Shown here: one piece after another, positions 28,901 to 41,000 of the stretch
How the letters are laid out: every line of letters starts with the position of its first letter
Position numbering within the stretch: the stretch's first letter is position 1
Source of the DNA: Lytechinus pictus
Lineage: Eukaryota
Reading direction: 5' to 3'
DNA: 64,000 nucleotides
NCBI RefSeq assembly: GCF_037042905.1
Contig: NC_087251.1
Span: 6,884,001 to 6,948,000, forward strand
Notes under the pieces: model-generated
Told to the model about the DNA's origin: nothing
The model's input: only the letters and a program-made list of their open reading frames with translations
The model's database searches: none
Translations under genes and position numbers: made by a program

Positions 28901-31900
28901 TTTATGATTCAAATTTATGGTTTGCTGGATTAATCTAAATGATGATAAAAATTGTCAAATGAAATAATTTTCAAAGGTGATATAAACACCCTGCATGATT
29001 CCTTTGTACTCATTCAAAAAGTTTTTTCTTCTGATTCATTTGAAATGTCACTATCCTTATTTTTGTAAGGGGAGAGCTTATTTCTAATTTTTGTATAAAA
29101 AAACAATTGCTACTATCACTTTTATAATATGATTTAACTTAAATCAATTTTAATCCATTCAAACAATTGCACAACTGCTTACCAATAATATCATAAATGC
29201 AAAGTTCACCTTCTTATCTAAGATAAAAACCTTTGGAACAAGTAGGCTTATGTCGAAACAGAAAAATCAAAGAATAAGAACAAAGAAAGTTTGAGAAAAA
29301 TCAGACAAATAATGAGAAAGTTATGAGCATTTGAATATTGCAATCACTAATGCTATGGAGATCCTCCCATTGGCAATGTGACAAGGATGTGTGATGTCAC
29401 ATGTGAACAACTTTCCCTTTTATGGACTATAAAATACACCCAAAATGTATCTTTTTGCTTTTTCTTATGGTGATACAAACTCTTTATCCATGATGTATTC
29501 TTTAAATATCTGTATTACATGCCCTCCTATAGAAAGAACACATGATCTACTGATAGATGTGATAAAAGAGGCAGTTTAACTGAAATATATACTAAAGTAA
29601 TGGGGAGAGTTGTTCACAAGTGACATCACACATCTTTATCGCATTGCCAATATGAGGATCTCCATAGCATTAGTGATCGCAATATTAAAATGCTCATAAC
29701 TTTCTCATTATTTGTCCGATTTTTCTCAAACTTTTGTTGACCTGTTTCTTTGATTTTTCTGTTTTCACACAAGCTACCTTGTTCCAAAGGTTTCATTCTC
29801 CTTTAACAGAAATGTGTTCTATGCTATTGCTAACTCTTCTTGTTATTTCTACTTCACATCAACATTGGACAATTTATATGTGATATGTTGTTCCAGATAA
29901 ATATAGATATTGACTTGCTCAGTAACTTCTTATTAGCAGTGGTGTCCACATGGGAAGGGGGAGGGGCTTCCCGACTTTTTTTACAACTAAGAAAAAAAAG
30001 AAGGAAAGAGTGAAGGGTGAAATATGACATTTTCTGAATATTATATAAAAATCTATCACAAAATTAGATTTTTGTAGTGAAAATGTCAAAATTTTTACTC
30101 GCTCGCTTCGCTTGCTCGTATTTTAAAATAAATTTTTACAAGGTATGCCATATCAAGTCTCCTCAAAATTTTTGGCTCATCACGCCACTACTATATTACC
30201 AAAGTATGAGACTTTTAAATTATTGTTTTGAACTGCAACTCATATATACAATGTTTATTAATCAATGTATCAAAATAAAAAACATTCACATCCAGAAAAC
30301 TCAACTAATCACTTTAATATTCACACATTATTAACCTAAATGACATTTGCGCTTGCATTTCTGAAATATCCCGATTAAAATCTCTGTGCAAAAGTTGAAT
30401 AGTGATGGAAACATTACACATCCCTGATTGTAAACCTCTCTTGAATTTTATGTATACTTCATTATTTATTAAGCGATGGAACATTAAATGTCTGCTCCCA
30501 ATAATTCTTAATTGTATAACAGACCTGCCAACCTCTGGGAATGAAAAACTGTATGCTGTGATAAAAAAAAACTGTATTTTTCCCCAAAAACGTGTATTTC
30601 ATAATGAAATGCGTGGCGCACTTGCTCATCGCAGCGCTCAAGCTGCATGCAAGCTAAAATGCGCACTGCTCTTGCAGATGAAAAAAAACAAACATTGAAA
30701 CGTGTATATCTCACCCTGGTTTTAACAAAATGATTGAAAAAAAAAACAAGTTACCTGAAATTACATTGATCTAATAACCATATTTGTGTAAGTTTTATGA
30801 AATAGAGACATATAGAGATGATTTTTCTCAATAAATTACGACTTTGTTAAAAAAAAATATATATATATATATTTTTTAAAACAAAAACGTATTTTTTAAA
30901 GAACAAACGTACTGCCGTATTTTGGTTGCAAAAACGTACTAAATACGCCAAGAACGTACTGGTTGGCAGGTCTGGTATAACCACAAAATGGTGAGTGATT
31001 TCGCATGAAAAAATCAGAATGCATCTCATTTCATATTCAAATAATTCTAATCAAACCGATAGCCAAGAATACCCTAAACATTTGATTCATCAAAGTGTTT
31101 ACTCGAGAGTCATACTGTGACATAAGTATAATGAGCATTTAATATCATAAACATAAGACACTTTTGTTCTGTGAAAATGGCTAATTTTCAAGTACATGTG
31201 ACTATTGTTAGATACCACATATTATGAATGTATGTAAAAGATTGTTGGGACAAAAGAGTAGACAAAATATTGACTATATAACAAATGGTAATATTCATGA
31301 ATAACATTGCTTATTAGGAATTGCCCTGGAACAAGACTATACTTGAATGAAAGTCTGGCGCAAATATTCACTAATGAATGATACACGCCGTATAAGCTAA
31401 AACAACAACAACAACATCTTACCACACTCCAAGCTGAACTCCATTGGTAGAAGGTAGATAGATATACATTGACCACATAATAAATGGTAATATTCATGAA
31501 TAACATTGCTTTATAATTAGGAATTGCCCTGGAACAAGACTATACTTGAATGAAAGTCTTACCACACTCCAAGCTGAACTCCATTGGTAGAAGGTAAATA
31601 TACATTCCTTGCTCCTTTCAATCCATATACCTCAGGAGCATGGTAGTCTCTGAATACAGGACACTTGACTGTTTGAAAAAAAATATGTGCAAAACCTTTT
31701 GAAAACTTCAAAATGTACAAAGTATGGATGTGATGATCATTTCCTCACATTCTTGTTGTAGAATAGCATGAATTTAAAACAACTAATTATTATTGGTTTC
31801 TATAACACTCTCAAGACATACAAAAATACTGTTAGGGGCTTAATGGCCATTCATCCCCAAAGTATAAAAAATAGCCCTTAGAGGATACAAAAGAAGCCCA

Positions 31901-34653
31901 ATACATTTATAAAAAAATAATTATCTTTAATTTTGCATTTTTTAAAATTATACTGTGAAAACAATTAAATTTACATCTAACACTAAAATCTTGATACACG
32001 TATGTCCTTGACGCAATTAACCATAACTAGATTAACATTTTTTTTAAATCCAGTACTTTTAATCAAACAATTTATTTGTTCAATCTGGACCCAATATTAT
32101 CATCAGATAAGAGTCTAAATACAAATATTAAATTCTGTCCCTAGAATAAGAAGCTACTCACACAAAACCGGAACCAGTAATTTTTATTTTTTTCTAATTG
32201 CAAACCTTATCTGAAAGCAAATAACGTTTGTACCGGAATAAAAAGCAAATAAAGGTAATACACATCTGCAATATCTTTCCCAGTCATATGGAAGAGAAAA
32301 GAAAAGAACAAAAAGAACAAGAAAGTTCAAATCTAAACCCTCAGCATTAAAGACGGAGAACACTGCTCAAGACTTGATATTTATTGTATACCAGTACTAC
32401 ACACATCAACTGGTTAGATAATCATACTCAATGTTGTACAGTTTGCATTTAGAAATGGTTAAAAACACAATTGCTTATAAAATCTACATCATCTATAACT
32501 CTGATCATGCTTATGATAATTTGTATCTTAATACAGAAGAGATGTTTTAACTTTAATTAAGAATGACTCAAGTTAAAACTATTAAACTGATATTCTGTAG
32601 TCATGTAAATAAAGACTACATGAAAGTGATTTTACTCACGATAATTGAGGAAAATAAGTTGGAAAGCAAAGTCAGGGATGAAATAAACAAGAATTGGGAA
32701 GATTGTGTAGAACAAAATGATATTCAGCAAACATAGCTTCCATGTCCAACTCCATATAATAGCCCTCTTTCTAAAAGTAAAATAATCAGTAAAAAAAGGA
32801 AGAAAGTCTGAAAGTTATTAAGGGCCTTTTCACACGTGAATCTTGAATCATAATTGTAATGATTGCAATTCGTCTTTAGAATCATCAGACCTTTCACATG
32901 GAAAATTCGTACTGTAATTTGAGTGAAACTTAGCTGCAATTCACCACCGGAGTAGAATTTGTGATTGTGATTAGCGTTCGTGATTCTAGTTTGGTTTCAC
33001 ATGTGCTAAAAAATTTTCATTAGCCTTATTTTTCACTGGAATCATCATTCAAATTACAATTTTGTTTACCGTGTGAAAGGGCTGATAGAATGCTCGCTGT
33101 GCTCACTAGTATACTTAGATTCAGGTCTCAGGATATATTAAAAGCAAATTAAGCAAGAGAGGTAAAAAAAATAATATCAATATCCATATATTTTTGGATG
33201 ATGAAGAAATTACCCTAATACCACATAGTACACTTCTTTGTATAGTGCTTACTTCTAAGTGATCTACAAATAATACAGCATAATGCGTTTTAGTGTACTT
33301 CACAGAATAAATTTATGCAAGGTACCTCACCTGCACAATGCAGCATAATGCAATGTGAATCGATTTCTTGCTGATGGACGTCGTTATTTGAATCCACAAC
33401 CCTCTGTTTCAAAGTCTGAAGACTAATCCACTGGGCTACAATGCTCAAGAAATAAGACACTTCAACCAAGCATTTAAAAGAGAGTGCTTATTTTTCTTCT
33501 CTCATTCATTCATTGACAAATTTGTAAAGCCAAATGAATGTAGCAAGAAAGGTGAAACAAATGGAATAAGGAAATAAACATCCCTGTGCTTGTAAATACT
33601 GTTTATGGAAGAAGGGAAGTTTTCACTTTTCTTGCTTAGCCAGATTCTATAATTGTAACTAAACAAAATACAAGAAAGTTTATTTATTGTCTTGTTATGG
33701 CAGATTTAATGGTGGCTGAGGAAGTATGATGAATTTCAAGAAAATATTGTTTGATATGATTTATTGTATGAAAAGTATTAGTCATAGAATGGGATTCTGA
33801 TGTCTGGACAATTATGCAGATAAAACATCTTTTGCTCTTGATTTTCTAATTTTGCTTTGTAATATTGTCCGATCTTAATTTTGGTTGATTAATGAAATAT
33901 TGATTGCAAAGTTCCTGAAACTGCTGTTTTGTCCGGACATACAACTATGGATGCCCCAACCCTGCACAGTGCCCCTTGTTTTCACATATATGCGTATCTA
34001 CCAATTCTAATAAAAGAAGACCTACAACTATAAACTTTACATCTTCAACACATAGAGAGATATTCATTAAGAAATTTCAATTCAAAATGCTGGAATAATG
34101 GAAATTTCAGGCATTTCATGTAACATCCTCAAAATCCACCCTTTCAATCAAAATCTCCAAATTATGTGGACAGACATAGGACACCACTTTTTTTTTGTTC
34201 AATCTGAAAAAGAATGGCCAAGGCTTTTTCCAAGAAAATCATTGACATTATCACAAATTTTATGAGATTTTTGGCATACTTGCTCATTAGAATATAAGGA
34301 ACATTATCATATGGAAATTTGGTGGAATTTAGAAGAAATTCAATTAAAATTTTATGTTAGGTGCTCAGACATAAGGCTCCCTTCATAGGGTCTGCTTCAG
34401 GTCATGCTGTAGATCAACCAAGATGAGCTCAGCGGCAGCAGCTCCTTGGCCACATTCATCTGTAAACGAACCTCACATTAGTGTGACATGGCCATGGGTT
34501 AGCAGATCTAATTGCTACTCACCCCCATCTCTCCTTTTTCTTGCAAGCCGACGCTTCCCCGGCTAATTTTGTCTCGTCCACGCCTCGCTTACAGGTCACA
34601 TCTCCACTTGTGTGGATTTTGCTTGTAGAAGTTGTGTCACCTCGGAAACGCAT
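19983..34653 (-). CDS. ABHD12: ABHD12-like lysophosphatidylserine lipase / alpha-beta hydrolase, copy 1 (12 coding exons, 374 aa)
   Basis: Exons in transcript order: 34653-34523, 32770-32640, 31668-31563, 28821-28696, 27614-27538, 25372-25243, 24876-24839, 24607-24528, 24163-24081, 22163-22085, 21805-21678, 19998-19983. All introns GT-AG and phase-compatible, 1125 nt total. Motifs: MRFR start, TM segment then [39 protein letters not shown] (Ser), [18 protein letters not shown] (Asp), GHKNI (His), SDFIK*. Confidence 0.9.
22508..23907 (-). mobile_element. Helentron-associated (HINE/DINE-1-like) element, family A
   Basis: Subterminal inverted repeats GTCTCGCCTGCA / TGCAGGCGAGAC, short terminal hairpins, internal tandem TGACCTTTGACC repeats, A/T-run flanks; counterpart at 40571-41107. 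Confidence 0.7.
22766..23618. mobile_element. Tc1/mariner(pogo)-type MITE nested in a family A element
   Basis: Perfect TIR GGGGAAGGCGGGTTAAGTTG / CAACTTAACCCGCCTTCCCC, TA TSD; empty site GATCCATAACATT at ~40821-40833. Confidence 0.88.
24245..24325 (-). pseudogene. Degenerate duplicate (pseudo-exon) of ABHD12 exon 9
   Basis: Closely similar to 24081-24163, but the acceptor AG has become AT and the donor is lost; also present in copy 2 (~41437-41520). Confidence 0.65.
25524..26220 (-). mobile_element. HINE-like family A element
   Basis: Same ends and internal repeats as 22508; absent from the corresponding intron of copy 2. Confidence 0.7.
26345..27508 (-). mobile_element. HINE/Helitron-like family B element
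   Basis: One end CTAG plus hairpin CACATCA-A-TGATGTG; subTIR GAGCTCGTCC / GGATGAGCT; GACG-type microsatellite near the other end; internal ~125-bp tandem repeats; absent in copy 2. Confidence 0.7.
27763..28532 (-). mobile_element. HINE-like family A element
   Basis: ACAAGTGGAGTGCCTCTGGCAGTCTCGCC...GCAGGCAAGACAAA; absent in copy 2. Confidence 0.7.
29222..29806. mobile_element. Kolobok-like MITE with ~190-bp inverted arms
   Basis: AAACCTTTGGAACAAG...GATGTGTGATGTCAC mirrored by GTGACATCACACATC...CTTGTTCCAAAGGTTTCATTCTCCTTTAA; TTAA terminus on the right, left end eroded. Confidence 0.7.
29937..30190. mobile_element. hAT-MITE (family of 3304, opposite orientation)
   Basis: CAGTGGTGT...GGCTCATCACGCCACT ends; shared body. 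Confidence 0.6.
30520..30974. mobile_element. MITE with 6-bp TSD
   Basis: Perfect TIR CAGACCTGCCAAC / GTTGGCAGGTCTG, GTATAA duplicated on both sides; no insert at the paralogous site ~45940-45965. Confidence 0.8.
32821..33083. mobile_element. PIF/Harbinger-like MITE
   Basis: TIR GCCTTTTCACACG / CGTGTGAAAGGGC; absent from copy 2 (~48965-48975). Confidence 0.7.
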
Positions 34654-35348
34654 TGTCTTATACAATGTTGTATATAAGTACTGTTATTTGATCGATAGAT
34701 TTTTGTAGCTTCCAAATCAACATGAAACTCTACTCAGAAAAAGATGTAATTCAAATAAAAAGTAAACATACCTTTGCTCTCAATCTCAGTCAGACAGAAA
34801 TTCAAGGAGGAACAACCACGTTTAGACATTTTCTCTATGAAGTCAACAAACTTTTAAAGAGTTTAGTTTACATTTACAGACTCAGTACCAATAGTTATCC
34901 ATTAAAATTAATCTATTTATCAAAGTCCCATATGACTGCACATTGGCAAAATGAACCGATGTACTATATAAATTAAATTACGGTTATTGTTTTTTTGCCA
35001 GGAATATGAAATTTTGTATCATGAGAACATTGAGTTTAATGAAAGAAAAAACAAAAGAAACTTCTGAAAGTGAGTGATGACTGTTCAATATTTGTAACGA
35101 GTTAATAATTAAGAAAAGTCATGATATTTTACTTATTTTGTTATTCATTTTTAGAAAACAATAATAATAATGCTTCACAAACAACACCCCTGGATATTTT
35201 ACTAAAACTACCGCCTACTCTGTAGAAGTGCTCGCCTATGTTGCATGAAAATGGTAAGCAGAATTCTACATCTATCACTGTCTCAGTCTTACCTCTTAAA
35301 CTACCATTACTCGTGTACGTGGTAAGGCGCCCACGTCAGGGCGCCGCT

Positions 35349-35665
35349 GAGGGCCCAATAACACAAAGCTTAGCGATGAATAGCAAATATGAGAGAACAC
35401 TTCTGATTGGTTCCTGGTCGGTAATTTGCGCCAAATACGCATGTAAAATTGATCTTGACAGGTCAGTTCATTTAGCGACTGATCTTTGTGTTACAGAGCC
35501 GCCCTGGGCTCCGTAACACAAAGGTTTGCAATGAATTGCAAGTATGAAAGAACCGCACTGATAGGCTCCCAGTCAGTATTTTAAAAAGAGTGTGCATGCA
35601 ACAAAGATCTTGATTGGTCATTGGTATTTCGCGATTGATTGCAGACCTTTGTGTTACGGAACCCT
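35349..35665. mobile_element. Two adjacent short palindromic MITEs
   Basis: Each has TAACACAAAG.../...CTTTGTGTTA inverted ends (~35350-35500 and ~35503-35665); an older relative lies at ~19614-19741. Confidence 0.6.
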
Positions 35666-38085
35666 GGTCTAACAAATTAAGGCCATGACCAGCCATGGAA
35701 TAGTGTCATAACAAAATCAGGACTTACGACAAAATTTTTGTGCTACATCAAAATTATTATTTCTTTGTTATTGATGAATATCAGCTCGAAATGAGTGCCA
35801 AGTAAGTGAGTTTCATCAAGCAATTTGCCAGTGATTTTCACTAAACTGTTATGTGCTACTGAAATTCTTAATTCTGATTGGCTGAATAAAGTTGGGAAAA
35901 CCACTGACAAATTGCTTTGTGAAAAAAATCACCCTTTTTCTTTTTAACAAAAATCATACACAAGATGACAAATGTGTAAACTACTACTACTACTACTACT
36001 ACCACTACCACTACCACTATTACTATTATGAATCAATATAGCAGGGTACTATATCAATATGCACTATTCTTGTTTACCTTTCCTTATCAAGATCACCCAT
36101 GCATGATCAGTACTAAAAATATCAACAGCACAAAAAAAAAAAATCATATTTGAGGTAAAAGTTACACATTACTCGAAACAACTTACACAAAATATGCACT
36201 GCACAAACAGTATCTATCCCTTTAGATTCATTCTTTTTTTGCCCAAATATTATGATAAAATCATCACAAACTCTGTTGGGATACAGATATCTCTTTCTCA
36301 TAAAAAAAGATGGAAAAACGGGTAAATCTTTAAAAGAACTATTCTACGATTTAAAAAATGCATCGCCATTTACTTATTTAATTAATTAAAAAAAATAAAG
36401 GTCGGTAACTGTTTGAAACTGGACATTGTGCATAATTCATAATTAACAGTTATTTCAGTAAGCAGTGAGGTTGTGTAGTCTACACATATACAGTAATACT
36501 TGGTACTTAGAAGAACTAACAGTATGAATGAGATATTCCGCCAACTGTGCAATAGAATTAGAAACCTGGCCCTTTTCAATTTGTCAGAAAATTTTGGCAA
36601 ATGAATAATAAATGAGACCTTTCAGACTAATACTCTGTATCACACTATTTATTGACAGATTTGAATCATAATAAACTATGCATACACAATTATGTGTATC
36701 AAGGCTATTCTACAACGGATAAAGTTTTTAGAATACTCGAATAAATACATGAGATATTGCAACTTTGACTCATTAAAACTATTGCCAATTGCAGTAAATA
36801 TAGATTTTTTCATTAATAGTATACTAAACAAAATCATGATTTCAGAACAATGTTTTTTTTTGCTTCAATCAATAAATATGTTCTTTCTTTGCTCTAAGAC
36901 AATGTGATTACAAAATGTTATTATACAGTATAATTCTTTCCAGCTCGAAATGAGTGCCAAGTAGCTGAAAATTTCATGAATCAATTTGCTAGGGATTTTC
37001 ATTTAACTATTATGAGCTACTGTAATTCTTAACTATGATTAGCTGCATAATTTGATTTCCTTCATTATTAATACAGAAATATATGATTTGTCTAATCATA
37101 TACCTCATATGAACAAGCATCAAATACACTCCATTGGCACCATAATCAGGAATACATGGCACATCACAAACTACAAAACAAGAAGAAAAAAATTCAAATA
37201 AGAGTACTTATATAATAAGGAGATGTATTCAAAATCATTAAAACATCACTATCAATATTGAAGCATTATTATGTGTATTCCAAAGCAATAGAGTAGATGC
37301 CTGCAGTATCATTATTTTAACTTGATATCAAAGGAACTAATAACGTCAGCTTATATAATTTCTCTGTAGTTATTCAAATGTCTATTATTTTATTAATTAG
37401 CCCTGGCTTGGATAAGCCATTGCGCTGATCAATTTAAATTACTTTTGTGTATTCAAATCACTGTTGTTGTTCAAATGTCTATTCTTTTAGTAACCACTGG
37501 CTTGGATAAGCCATTGATTCATTTAAATTACTTCAACAGACTCAAGTCAATGTTGTCTGCCACTAAAGGGATAGAAATTATCTAATTTTATAGCTTCTGC
37601 CTCCATCAAATCATGAAATATCTTTTCAAATGTTCAGAAGAAATGTAAGTAAACATAGCATATCTGCTTTTATCTCATAACATAAAGCTTAGTGAATTGT
37701 TATGGGAGAGATTTTATTATTGATCATTCATACACAATAATCAATGCAATCAATATTGAAATCAACCCCACAGCAATCTTTATGTTATGGAGCTGAATAC
37801 CAAGAGTGTTTGATTGTCTTCATCAGAACGATGTTAATGAATGAAATCAACCCTGTTTACATGAGGTGACATGGCAACAAGAGGTACTCAGAAATCTTAT
37901 CTACACCGTAGGAGGTAATAGCAGGAGGTAATACTCAGAAATCTTATCTACACCGTAGGAGGTAATAGTCAGAAACTAAAATCACATAATTAAAAGTTGA
38001 AGCACCACAAAGAATATTAAAAAAAAACAGCTGCACACACATATGGCTTGGAAGCTACTGGGTTTCATTGACAACCTTTGGTTCC

Positions 38086-41000
38086 TCATTTGATGAAATC
38101 ACTGATGAGAGCATAAGAGAATGAAAGAGAGAGGGAGACAAAGAAAAAAAGAAAGAACGAGAGAGAGAACTATATTATTATAATGGAATAAAATCAAAGT
38201 CAAGATGAGATTTGAATATGGATAACTTAAAATTTATTAAAACTATCCTAAAGTAAGCATTAAAAATGAAATACATTTAAAAGTTTACAGTAAAATATTT
38301 TGCAAGTGTGACTTAAAATCAAAGTTACATGTAGTATAATATAATGCATCACATCATTAATTGGTCAGGGAGCATGAATGAGATTATAAACTTGATACAG
38401 TAACAATGAGCAATTTGGTGCAAAATGACTTAATTGGCTTAGTCGTGACTTATTGAAGGTCAAACTTAATTCCTTGTGAAACAGTCCCAGGAAAGAAAAT
38501 TCTAAATCAATATGTTTACACAATTTCTAAATGACAAAATTATCTTGTTTACAGCTAACAAGGAAATAGAAATGGTCATAAACAGGAAGCAAAATAGAAT
38601 TGTTACAGTATTTTAATATTTCACTATTCAAAAACTTCTTCCCATTAAATATTACAATAAGAGACTTCAGATGGATATTCTAAAAATACAACTTATACAT
38701 ATATGTTCACACAACTTTCAGGTATTGGAAGGATTTTGTCAATTGACTGCACATTCACGACAAAAATGGTTAAAATCAAATTTTTTTTTTTTATTCAGAA
38801 TTAACAGGAAAGAATGGAATGTCAGTTTATGTACACAGAGATGGACTTAACTATGGAAATAAACTTAAATACCTGTATGCGATAAATTCTATTTTTTCTA
38901 TTACTATTTTGTCATTTATCCTTTAACTTTTAAAGAAATGTAGACATATCTTCACTTTTGCATGAATCAAGTATCATCAAATTCAACAAAATAATACATA
39001 CACGTACATTTTTATTCAATTTCCAACAAAAATCACTATGGCTTTGCTTTCTCAACATACACTGAAGAGTTAAAGTTATTTTTTTACTCTACCCAAGTCT
39101 AAGGCTAGGCTAAATGATGTGACGCTATAGGAGAGTTTGAAGAATCAAATTACTGATTTACACAGTATGCTTCTTGTGAGTTAACTGGGATCATACTCAT
39201 GTTTTAAAGGCAAAGAAAACTATCATATTCATCATTTCAAGATAGATTGTAATGTTTTGAATGCCAAATAAGGTGATAAATTGATAACATACATGTAGTT
39301 ATGGAAATTCATGTATTGTTTGGCAACCCATAGTTTAAAAAAATCAATAAACCATTGTTAAGTTAAACCAGGGAATATGGACTATTGGTTGGTCCATGCA
39401 TTCTAATCATAAAATCAACTAGACTAATCAGGCATTTAGTCCACACTTCTATGGAAAGATTTCATCCTGCTTTATAATATTTATTAGAAATTTAATACGC
39501 CTGAGAATTCGGCTTAATTCATTTATATTCATACAATCTTTTTTCTTCTCATTACATACCAAAATTACTTTTCAAGAAACTTTACTTTAGAGGAAATCTG
39601 TAGTTGGTAAATGAGCTGATGACTTGCACTCGATTAAAGTATGGTCTCAGTTGAGTAAACCTTGGCCTCAGTTTAGTTAACCTTTGGTTAACTTCATCAA
39701 TGCTATGAGAATATCACAGATTGTGTTCTTTGTTAATTGAACACATTATATTTCTATATGAATTACCTCAAAATAGATGGTAGCTTCGATGAATAAGCAA
39801 TATTTTTATGTCCACAGCCCTCTTCACTATGAAATGAAACCATTTGGATTGGATCTGCTGATGCTGGTCTTTTCTCAACAGCTATGTCATAAAGCTAGGC
39901 AGAAAAAAAACCAACATGTTGGTAGTTAATCAAATATGACTGATTTCTATGTCTAAATAACAATACAAATAAAGGGTATTTCTATACAATGTTACATACT
40001 GATAGGCTATGCATGAATACGTGTTGCAAACCCCCTAATCCCTTTCCTGCATTTACATAAATATAATTTATTTATTAATTTTACAATGACAGATGCATTA
40101 TATAGATCTTTCACAAGAAGACTAATTTTGTATCCCAGCACCTCCCAATATTGTATGATAAATATGATAAAGTTTACCTTCCTTCCTAGGTCATGTGGTA
40201 CAATCCAGTCATCTTCAGCATGGAGAATAAGAATAGGACATGTCACATGCTCTATGCTGAATACAAAATATAATCAAATTTTCTATGATTTATTTAGAAA
40301 AATACAAAAGAATATTGTTATGGTATTGTTTTCACCAGCAATAGCATCCTAACTTGCTGGCTTCTAAATCAGTCATCACTCATCTTTGAAATTAGAAGAA
40401 TTTTGTTCCAGAAAACTTGACTGCAGCTTTAATGAGATTACAGCGATATAGAAAAGAAAGACTGGATTCCAGGACTTGTATTTCATTTCATCAGATAACA
40501 GAGATTAATTGATTACACTATCTCTTTATGAGCATCTTTCTTTCACATCATCTCAGGGGTGCATTAAGTGAACAAGTGGAACGCCTCTGGCAGTCTCGCC
40601 TGCATTATGCGATTCGATATAGCAACAGTGCTGACTTTGAAAACAGCTATTGAATAATTATTCACAAAGAAAACATTCATATGATAATGATAAATATATG
40701 ATATGATAATACTATGTCCATTGACCCAAAATGACCTTTGACCATGATCATGTGATCTAAGATGTGTGCAAAACAATCATTTATACTTGATTACCCTTAT
40801 GTCTATAGATTTATGAACTAGATCCATAACATTTAAAAGTTACGATGATAATTCAACAAATACCCCTAACATGGCCAAAGTTCATTGACCCTAAATGACC
40901 TTTGACCTTGGACATGTAGCCTGAAACCAGGGCAGGACGTTCAGTAATACTTGATTATCCTTATGTCCAAGTTTGATGAACTGGGTCCATATAGTTTCTA

